Assembly: GCA_046331425.1 (NCBI GenBank)
Contig: JAXLQU010000013.1
Coordinates: forward strand, 24,458-88,457
Origin: Acidobacteriota bacterium
GTDB taxonomy: Bacteria > Acidobacteriota > Polarisedimenticolia > J045
Direction: 5' to 3'
Length of the DNA stretch: 64,000 nucleotides
Shown here: positions 57,273 through 64,000 of the stretch, one piece after another
Numbering within the stretch: the first letter of the stretch is position 1
Layout of the letters: each line of letters opens with the position of its first letter
The notes under the pieces: model-generated
What the model was told of the DNA's origin: nothing
Seen by the model: only the letters and a program-made list of their open reading frames with translations
Databases searched by the model: none
Position numbers and translations under genes: made by a program

Positions 57273-57638
57273 CTACTTCAGATTGAAATGCGGGTTCTCG
57301 ATAATCCCCAATGCATTTCCGAACGGATCTTTCACCGTTGCGACCTTGATCCCGCCGCCCACTTCCCTCACCGCAATCACCGACTGCGCACCCAACTGCA
57401 GCAAGCGCGCATACGCGGCATCGGCATCGACCACACCCCAGTACGCGATGCCGCCGCCCAATCCGGAAAGCCCGCCCTCGGGGTCGGGATCCAGTCCCAA
57501 CTCGAAGCCGTGCACGTTGAAACCAACGTAGAACGGCTCATCGAAGTAAGGGTCGATACCGAGAACATCGCTGTACCAAGCCTTGGCGCGATCGAGATCG
57601 GGTGCGTGGTACAAGGCGGTGCGCAGTCCCAAGAACAT
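57273..57638 (-). CDS. VOC family protein
   Basis: 121 aa. Glyoxalase-fold (…KDPFGNALGIIE…). Confidence 0.68.
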   Translation of the reverse strand: MFLGLRTALYHAPDLDRAKAWYSDVLGIDPYFDEPFYVGFNVHGFELGLDPDPEGGLSGLGGGIAYWGVVDADAAYARLLQLGAQSVIAVREVGGGIKVATVKDPFGNALGIIENPHFNLK

Positions 57639-57822
57639 CGAGGCTCCTTTCGACGCTGTTCGGCGTAGGGCAGGTTCGTTCCGGCAGACCGCGCGATGAT
57701 ACGACCGGGTCAGGCCGCCGCGGAAAACCTCGCTTTACGGACCCGCGGGGGCGGGGTAGATTGCCCACCGGCCGGCGCTTCCGGCCCCCCTTCAACCACC
57801 TCGCGAGCCAATCGAAAAGACC

Positions 57823-58545
57823 ATGGGACGTATCTTCGAAACCAGAAAACATGTGATGTTCGCCCGTTGGGACCGAATGGCGAAGCAGTTCGCCCGGATC
57901 GCCAAGGAAATCACCATCGCGGTGAAAGCGGGCGGGCCGGACGCTGCCTCCAACCCTGCGCTGCGACGCGTGATTCAAAACGCGCGCTCGGTAAACATGC
58001 CAAAGGACAAGGTCGAGGCGGCGGTTCGTCGCGCCTCGGGTCAAGAAGCGGCCGACTACGAACAGATTGTCTACGAGGGGTATGCGCCACACGGTATTCC
58101 GGTGATGGTCGATACGGCGACCGATAACCCCACACGCACCGTCGCCAATCTGCGCAAGCATTTCAACAAGGGCGGCGGCAACTTGGGCAATTCCGGGTCG
58201 GTCGCCTTCATGTTCAAACACATGGGCGTGTTTCGCTTGAACCCTGCCGGCGTCAACCAAGACGAGCTCGAGTTGGAGCTGATCGACTTCGGTTTGGAAG
58301 AGATGGGCGAGAGCACCGGCGAGAAAGGCGAGCCGCAGTTGGTGATTCGTTGCGCGTTCGGCGATTTCGGCCATCTGCAGCGTGCGCTCGAAGAGCGCAA
58401 CATCGTGCCGCTATCGGCAGAACTGGAGTACGTCAGCGCCACGCCGACCGAGCTTCCCGAAGCGCAAGCGTCGGAAGTGTTGAGTTTGATCGACACGCTG
58501 GAGCAGGACGACGACGTGCAGAAGGTATTCCACAGCTTGGCGTGA
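57823..58545 (+). CDS. yebC: YebC/PmpR family DNA-binding transcriptional regulator
   Basis: 240 aa. [37 protein letters not shown] is the hallmark of this family. Confidence 0.85.
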   Translation: MGRIFETRKHVMFARWDRMAKQFARIAKEITIAVKAGGPDAASNPALRRVIQNARSVNMPKDKVEAAVRRASGQEAADYEQIVYEGYAPHGIPVMVDTATDNPTRTVANLRKHFNKGGGNLGNSGSVAFMFKHMGVFRLNPAGVNQDELELELIDFGLEEMGESTGEKGEPQLVIRCAFGDFGHLQRALEERNIVPLSAELEYVSATPTELPEAQASEVLSLIDTLEQDDDVQKVFHSLA

Positions 58546-58556
58546 CGGCGCGCGGC

Positions 58557-59252
58557 TCATGACTCGGCGGCGGCGAGCGCGGCCTTGACGTGAATCTTGG
58601 TGGTGTCGAGAAGTGCGACGCCCTCGACGGTCGAATCGCCCAGAATCAGTGGCAGCTCGGTCCCGCCCAGGATGATTCCGTCGATTCTGTCCTGAGCTTT
58701 CATGCGCTCGATGATCGCGAGCAGTGTTTCGCGGGTTTCCGGCAGGAAGACGCCGTTGACCAGCTCGTCGAAGTACTTCTCGTGAATGAAGTCCTGTTCG
58801 GCGGCCGTGGGTATGACGATCGGCAACCCAGCCTTGGAGAAGACGCGCGGGTAGAACTCGGCCTGCATCGTGAAGCGCGTTCCGAGCAGCCCCGCCCGGG
58901 TGACCCCCGCGGCGCGCGCGTGATCGCAAGTGGCTTGCACGATGCTCAGCAGTGGAACCGGCGAGGCCTGCTGCAGTCGATCGAACACGATGTGCGGGGT
59001 GTTGGCAGCCAGCAGTGCAAAATCGGCACCGGCGTCGGCCAGGCGTTGCAGTTCGATCAACAGGTAATCGGTGACAGCATCGAGGTTGCCGGCGTCGAAG
59101 TACTGCCGAAGCCGATCCAGATCGACGCTGTTGATCACGATCGCGGGGTAACCGCTGTTGGCGTGAGCACGACGGTATTCAGCCACCATCGATCGGTAGT
59201 AGTCGATGGTCGACTCCGGGCCAATGCCGCCAATGATGCCGATCGTTTTCAT
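58557..59252 (-). CDS. Aspartate/glutamate racemase family protein
   Basis: MKTIGIIGGIGPESTIDYYR… and GADFALLAANTPH… are the Asp/Glu racemase motifs. Confidence 0.78.
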   Translation of the reverse strand: MKTIGIIGGIGPESTIDYYRSMVAEYRRAHANSGYPAIVINSVDLDRLRQYFDAGNLDAVTDYLLIELQRLADAGADFALLAANTPHIVFDRLQQASPVPLLSIVQATCDHARAAGVTRAGLLGTRFTMQAEFYPRVFSKAGLPIVIPTAAEQDFIHEKYFDELVNGVFLPETRETLLAIIERMKAQDRIDGIILGGTELPLILGDSTVEGVALLDTTKIHVKAALAAAES

Positions 59253-59303
59253 GATCGTCGCTGGCCCATGGGCCGATCTCCGTACCGTCGCTTGGAATGG
59301 TGG

Positions 59304-60119
59304 CTACTTGATGCGAATCGTTTTTGGATCGAACGTCGGTTTTGGATACGCCAGCTTCATCCCCTCCAGCGTATCGACCAAGATTTTCAAGATCGCCCAA
59401 TCGCGATACCACTTCTTGTTGGCCGGCACGACATACCAAGGCGCGAAGTCGGTCGATGTCTCACCCGCCGCGTCTTGAAACGCCTGCATGTACTTATCCC
59501 ACAGCTCGCGTTCCTTCAGATCGCCGGGGTTGAACTTCCACTGATTCGCCCGATCGTCCAAGCGCGCCTGCAAGCGTTGCTTCTGCTTCTCCTGGCTGAT
59601 GTGCAGGAAGAACTTGACGATGGTGGTCCCTTCCTCGGCCAGCATTCGCTCGAAGTCGCGAATTTGAGCGAACCGCCGGCGCCACACGCGCTCCGGTACG
59701 AACTCGTGAACCCGCACTACCAACACGTCCTCATAGTGACTGCGATTGAAGATGGTCAGCTCGCCTCGCCCGGGCACCTGCGCATGCACGCGCCATAGAT
59801 AGTCGTGATCGAGTTCCACCGGCGTGGGGGCCTTGAAGCTGGCGACCCGCACGCCGACAGGGTTGACGCCATCGAAGACGCGGCGAATCGTGCCGTCCTT
59901 GCCGCCGGTGTCCATCGCTTGCAGCACCACCAGCAGCTTGTGCTTGTGCTCGGCGTACATCAGCTCTTGCAGTTGTTCCAAGCGGTCGTTGAGCTTCAGG
60001 GCTGCGGCCTTCGCTTCGGCTTTGTCCCCTTTCCATCCCGGAGTGCTGTCGGGGTCGACCGCAGCGATGCGAAACCGTTTGCCCGACCTAACCTGTAGCG
60101 ACGATAGCGGCTTGTTCAT
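59304..60119 (-). CDS. ppk2: Polyphosphate kinase 2 family protein (PPK2)
   Basis: GMDTGGKDGTIRRVF is the Walker A of PPK2. …IFNRSHYEDVLVVRVH…. Family start MNKPLSS is at 60119 (the track ORF runs to 60278). Confidence 0.85.
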   Translation of the reverse strand: MNKPLSSLQVRSGKRFRIAAVDPDSTPGWKGDKAEAKAAALKLNDRLEQLQELMYAEHKHKLLVVLQAMDTGGKDGTIRRVFDGVNPVGVRVASFKAPTPVELDHDYLWRVHAQVPGRGELTIFNRSHYEDVLVVRVHEFVPERVWRRRFAQIRDFERMLAEEGTTIVKFFLHISQEKQKQRLQARLDDRANQWKFNPGDLKERELWDKYMQAFQDAAGETSTDFAPWYVVPANKKWYRDWAILKILVDTLEGMKLAYPKPTFDPKTIRIK

Positions 60120-60277
60120 CGATCGATCCCTTGCCGTGAGCGGAGCGGCCTGGCCCGGGTTGGCCCGGGTGCCGGCCCACAGTCTACCGGGGGAGAGGCA
60201 ACGAAATAGCGATCTGAAAAACTGTGTGAAATCCCCGCCCTCCAGCCCCGTTAGGTAAGGCGACGGAGGACGAAGCA

Positions 60278-61516
60278 ATGAAGAAGTGGTTGATAGGTGG
60301 TGGGCTCTTGGTGGTTGGATCGCTGGTGGCGTTTGGCTTCATTGCCTCCGGCAAGCCCAAGGGGACCGATGTCTTCGTCCATTTGGTGAAGACCGGCGCA
60401 ATCCGATCCGAGGTCACCGGGACCGGTGAAATTCAGGCCCGCACGCGAGTGAACGTTGGCGCACAGATCCCTGGAACGATCATTGCGATCCCGGTCAAAG
60501 AAGGGGAAGAGGTGAAGAAGGGTCAACTGCTGCTGCAGATCGACCCCGAGCGATATCGGCAAGAGGTGCAGCGCCTCGAGGCCGAACTGCGAATGACGCG
60601 CGTCTCGGTAGCGCAGGAGCGAAATCGACTTTCGACGTTGAAGGCGCGATACGACCGCACCCAACAGCTCAAGGCGCAAGGGCTCGTTTCGGAAGATTCG
60701 TACGACCAAACCAAACTCGACTACGACGCGTCCCGCTTTCAACTCGAGTCGCTCGAAGAGACGGTGTCTCAAACGGAAGCAGCGCTTGGAAAATCGCGCG
60801 ATGACCTGAGCAAGACCACGATCTTCTCGCCGATCGACGGCCGCGTGACCGCACTCAACACCGAAGTCGGCGAGCAGGTGATCGTCGGCACGACCAACAT
60901 TCCAGGCTCGGTAATGCTGGTCGTCAGCGACATGAGCGAGCTTCTAGCCGAAGTCGATGTCGACGAATCGCAAATTGCCAAGGTAATCGTCGGTCAGACC
61001 GTGAACGTCAAGATCGACGCAATCGACGATGTGACCTATGCGGGCCGCGTGGCGGAGATTCGCAACTCGGCGCGAAAGAAGGGTGAGGCAAACGTGTTTG
61101 GCGTGAAGGTGCTGCTCACGGCACCTGACAATCGGCTGCGCCCTGGGATGACCGCCAAGGCGCGTGTTGAAATCGAGACGCGACCGGCGGCGCTGCGGGT
61201 GCCGATTCAATCGGTGATCGAGCGCGCTGAATCGGCGTTGGGTAGCCCGACCGGTGGCGAACCGGGCGAGAAGCGAGTCGACACCGTGATCTTGATGCAA
61301 GACGGCAAGGCCAAAGCGGTGCGTGTGCAGACCGGCCTGACCGACGATGACTTCGTTGAAGTCTTGGCCGGCGTGCGCGAGGGCGACACGGTCGTCACCG
61401 GCCCTTACCGCACGCTGCGCAAGCTGAAGGACGGCGAGGCGGTGCTCGAGAAGAAGGAAGGCGAGGACGACGACAAGACGAAGGACAACGGCGGCGCGAG
61501 CGTCGAGGTGTCGTGA
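60278..61516 (+). CDS. macA: Efflux RND-type periplasmic adaptor subunit (MacA-like membrane-fusion protein)
   Basis: N-terminal TM. Biotinyl/lipoyl-like hairpin region, coiled-coil and beta-barrel (…[12 protein letters not shown]…). Confidence 0.78.
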   Translation: MKKWLIGGGLLVVGSLVAFGFIASGKPKGTDVFVHLVKTGAIRSEVTGTGEIQARTRVNVGAQIPGTIIAIPVKEGEEVKKGQLLLQIDPERYRQEVQRLEAELRMTRVSVAQERNRLSTLKARYDRTQQLKAQGLVSEDSYDQTKLDYDASRFQLESLEETVSQTEAALGKSRDDLSKTTIFSPIDGRVTALNTEVGEQVIVGTTNIPGSVMLVVSDMSELLAEVDVDESQIAKVIVGQTVNVKIDAIDDVTYAGRVAEIRNSARKKGEANVFGVKVLLTAPDNRLRPGMTAKARVEIETRPAALRVPIQSVIERAESALGSPTGGEPGEKRVDTVILMQDGKAKAVRVQTGLTDDDFVEVLAGVREGDTVVTGPYRTLRKLKDGEAVLEKKEGEDDDKTKDNGGASVEVS

Positions 61517-62256
61517 TGAGCGCCCTGGCATTGGCCGGCACCACGACAGTTCCCGTGATCGACGCTCACGGCCTGACGCGCGTCTACGACATGGGCGGGC
61601 AATCGCAGGTTGCGGCGCTGGCCGGCGTGGACGTGCGCGTCGAGCGCGGTGAGTACGTGGCGATCATGGGACCGTCGGGGTCGGGAAAATCGACGTTGAT
61701 GAACTTGATCGGATGCCTCGATTCGCCTACCGCCGGCCGCTACGTGCTGAACGGCCACGATGTCAGTGCGCTCGACGACCGGCAGTTGGCTCGCATTCGC
61801 AACAAGGAGATCGGCTTCATCTTTCAGACTTTTCAGTTGTTGGCCCGCACCTCGGCGTTGAAGAACGTGGAGCTGCCGTTGATCTACGCGGGTGTGCGTC
61901 GTGCCGAACGGGTTGCCCGCGCGAAGGCGGCGTTGGAGGCAGTTGGCCTGGCCGACCGCATGGAGCACAAGCCGAACGAGTTGTCGGGTGGTCAGCGGCA
62001 GCGTGTGGCGATTGCGCGTGCGCTGGTCAACGACCCAGCACTGCTTCTAGCCGATGAACCAACCGGCAACTTGGATTCGAAGACAGGCGAGGAGATCTTG
62101 AGTTTGTTCGAGGCGCTGTGGGGCCGCGGCCACACCATCGTGATGGTGACGCATGAGGAAGACGTGGCCGAGCGAGCACATCGCGTGGTGCGTTTGAGAG
62201 ACGGAGCACTCTTGAGTGATTTGCCCACGAGTCGCGCAGCTGCTGCTAGCGCTTAG
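61513..62256 (+). CDS. macB: MacB-type ABC transporter ATP-binding protein
   Basis: GPSGSGKST (Walker A), [15 protein letters not shown] (signature), [12 protein letters not shown] (Walker B). Confidence 0.85.
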   Translation: MMSALALAGTTTVPVIDAHGLTRVYDMGGQSQVAALAGVDVRVERGEYVAIMGPSGSGKSTLMNLIGCLDSPTAGRYVLNGHDVSALDDRQLARIRNKEIGFIFQTFQLLARTSALKNVELPLIYAGVRRAERVARAKAALEAVGLADRMEHKPNELSGGQRQRVAIARALVNDPALLLADEPTGNLDSKTGEEILSLFEALWGRGHTIVMVTHEEDVAERAHRVVRLRDGALLSDLPTSRAAAASA

Positions 62257-62357
62257 GGCGGGACAGGTGTCGGCGAGTAATGGCGCCGCTTGACTGCAGA
62301 TTGTCTCGGCGGTGCCTGTCCCGGTTTCTTACGAAGTAGACCAGGAGCAACACCATC

Positions 62358-63572
62358 ATGATTCTCGAATCGTTTCGAATTGCGATCGGCGCCATTTGGG
62401 TCAACAAGATGCGGTCGCTGTTGACCACGCTGGGGATCGTGATCGGTGTGTCGGCTACGGTCGCGGTGGTTTCGTTGGTGCAGGGGTTCTTTGCGGTCAT
62501 CGAGCGGCAGTTCGAGGGCCTGGGGACCAACGCCATGCACATCTCGCCCAGCCGCCCGCCGGGCACCGAGGGGCAAAAGCTGGGGCGGATCGTACTCGAC
62601 TGGAGCGACGGCCTGGCGCTGAAAGATTCGATCGAGACCATTGACGAGATCGTGCCGGAGTTCTTCGAGTCGGCCGTTGCCAAGCATGGTGAGGAGCAAG
62701 CGCGCACCTTCTTGGTGGGAACTACCGCACGCTATCAAGACGTGCGCGGCTTTTACGTGGGGAAGGGGCGGTTCTTCTCGCAGGTCGATGATCGCTCGCG
62801 ATCACGCGTCTGTGCGATCGGATCGAAACTGGTCGAGACACTCAAGATCGATGGCGAGCCGGTCGGCCAGACGATTTCGCTGCAGAACGAGGAGTTTCGA
62901 ATTGTCGGCGTGATGGAAAAGCAGGGCGAATTGCTCGGCGAGTCGTTCGACGATTTCGTGCTGATTCCGTATTCGACCGCTGCAACGATTTATGGGCCGG
63001 AGAGCACCGAGCAGATCGGGCTGACGTTGACCACTACCAGCCCGGAGAACGTCGAACAGACGCGCGATCGAATCACCGACCTGCTGCGACGCCGGCACGG
63101 CCTGAACAGCGAACAACCCGATGACTTCGAGATCACCTCGCAGGAACAGTTGATGGGCGTGCTGGGCAAGATCATCGGCGGTTTCACCGCGGTGCTGGGA
63201 GGGATCGTCAGCATCTCGTTGGTGGTCGGCGGTATCGGGATCATGAACATCATGCTGGTGTCGGTGACGGAGCGGATGCGCGAGATCGGCCTGCGCAAGG
63301 CGATCGGCGCGCCGAAGAACCTGATCCTGCTGCAGTTCCTGATCGAGTCGGTGACGATCAGCCTGGTGGGTGGCGTAATCGGGATCATCTTCGGTGTGGC
63401 GTTCGGGTACGGCCTGGCGGCTGTGATTCCCGATTGGCCTGGAGCATTCATTCCGATCTGGGCGCTGGGGTTGTCGTTTGGTTTCGCGAGCCTGATCGGC
63501 GCGATCTTCGGGATTTACCCGGCGTACCGTGCGGCGCAACTCGACCCGATCGAGTCGCTACGCTACGAGTGA
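62358..63572 (+). CDS. ABC transporter permease (FtsX/MacB-type, with MacB periplasmic domain)
   Basis: N-terminal TM, large periplasmic domain, C-terminal FtsX helices (…ERMREIGLRKAIGA…). Confidence 0.8.
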   Translation: MILESFRIAIGAIWVNKMRSLLTTLGIVIGVSATVAVVSLVQGFFAVIERQFEGLGTNAMHISPSRPPGTEGQKLGRIVLDWSDGLALKDSIETIDEIVPEFFESAVAKHGEEQARTFLVGTTARYQDVRGFYVGKGRFFSQVDDRSRSRVCAIGSKLVETLKIDGEPVGQTISLQNEEFRIVGVMEKQGELLGESFDDFVLIPYSTAATIYGPESTEQIGLTLTTTSPENVEQTRDRITDLLRRRHGLNSEQPDDFEITSQEQLMGVLGKIIGGFTAVLGGIVSISLVVGGIGIMNIMLVSVTERMREIGLRKAIGAPKNLILLQFLIESVTISLVGGVIGIIFGVAFGYGLAAVIPDWPGAFIPIWALGLSFGFASLIGAIFGIYPAYRAAQLDPIESLRYE

Positions 63573-63770
63573 CGACGCGGGAGCCAGCGACTCGGTAGAC
63601 CCGCGTTGTTGGCTCCTGGCACTTGGCTGTTTTGCGCTTTTTCCCCACGCTTTTCTTGGTCATTGCCTTCTGAATGTACTCGGTTGCCGACGGCACGTTG
63701 CAGGCGGTGCCGCCCATGCCGACCGTTACCACGCCGAGTTTCTTTGCAACGCGGTCATCAAGCGTGCCTT

Positions 63771-64000
63771 CTACAGCACGCGGCGTGGCGGAATAACAAC
63801 ACCGGCAACCAACATTCCGGTTCCCAACGCCACAGTCATGAGCAAGGTGGTGAACGCGGCATCGATGCCCGATGTCACCTGCTCCGCCAGCAGTGCGGTG
63901 ATGCTGCGAAAGCCGATGCTTCCCGGCACCAACATCAACATCGCGGGTACATAGACGATCGCCGACGGCTTGTTGCGCCATCGCGCGTAGCCGTTGGCGG
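63771..64000 (-). CDS. 3'-end of a membrane protein gene (ThrE/DUF3815-like exporter, tentative). It continues beyond the window.
   Basis: Minus-strand frame reads …ANGYARWRNKPSAIVYVPAMLMLVPGSIGFRSITALLAEQV…VLGTGMLVAGVVIPPRRVL* with stop at 63771-63773. It is not in the ORF track because the start lies outside the window. Confidence 0.35.
   Translation of the reverse strand, partial: ANGYARWRNKPSAIVYVPAMLMLVPGSIGFRSITALLAEQVTSGIDAAFTTLLMTVALGTGMLVAGVVIPPRRVL

Noticed and set aside
1-64000. CRISPR arrays, rRNA, prophage structural genes
   Set aside because: No regularly spaced direct repeats with unique spacers, no rRNA-like conserved segments and no capsid, terminase or tail genes were seen. 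The only tandem repeats are the 51-bp MITE half-copy (5167-5267) and a 10-bp triplet (26931-26960).

Overview
High-GC bacterial chromosomal segment of about 64 kb. It is densely coding, with long spurious antisense ORFs typical of GC-rich DNA. No rRNA, tRNA or CRISPR array was recognised. Main blocks, in order:
(1) A partial ORF of unknown function (2-535), then on the minus strand (561-5148) the conserved cyclopropane-fatty-acid (cfa) lipid-modification cluster: amine-oxidase-like flavoprotein, DUF1365, DUF2878, DUF1295, Cfa methyltransferase. DUF1365 is split by a 1-nt frameshift in an A5 run.
(2) Two copies of a small MITE-like element with ~24-bp terminal inverted repeats (5167-5345 and 7645-7841). 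They bracket an ornithine aminotransferase gene and a CMP-sugar cytidylyltransferase gene.
(3) A translationally coupled pseudaminic-acid-type nonulosonic acid operon (7883-14298): pseC, pseB, pseG (frameshifted), a sugar N-formyltransferase-like gene, pseI, a second formyltransferase-like gene and a PIG-L/LmbE deacetylase. No PseH acetyltransferase is present. The product is probably an N-formylated pseudaminic acid.
(4) An accessory island (about 14.3-27 kb). It is headed by two copies of a ~240-bp module (promoter-like TATAGT, a conserved 5' leader, a conserved 23-codon uORF with its own Shine-Dalgarno) in front of two unrelated ORFs. Contents: intact hicB with an amber-interrupted hicA, a Cys-rich lipoprotein with a CPBP/Abi protease, an IS110-family transposase and a second degenerate IS110 N-terminal remnant, an internally deleted AAA-ATPase (DUF4143) gene and a metallophosphoesterase fragment.
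(5) A long run of small stress and detoxification-type genes (about 25-45 kb): many VOC/glyoxalase-fold proteins, DUF1801, DUF4256, YceI, GFA, DinB, SAM methyltransferases, an FAD monooxygenase, an S41 peptidase, a 2H phosphoesterase and a YafY regulator.
(6) A polysaccharide-modification locus: a 1293-aa four-domain protein (GT2, polysaccharide deacetylase, pyruvyl transferase, SAM methyltransferase) coupled to a capsule-synthesis-like gene, a radical-SAM-like protein with a non-canonical Cys motif, and two tandem paralogous secreted metzincin metalloproteases with FN3 domains.
(7) A DUF433/DUF5615 putative toxin-antitoxin pair, YebC, an aspartate-racemase-family protein, PPK2 and a MacAB-type efflux pump.
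(8) A partial ThrE-like exporter gene at the window edge.
All functional calls rest on recognising family motifs in the translations. No database search was run.
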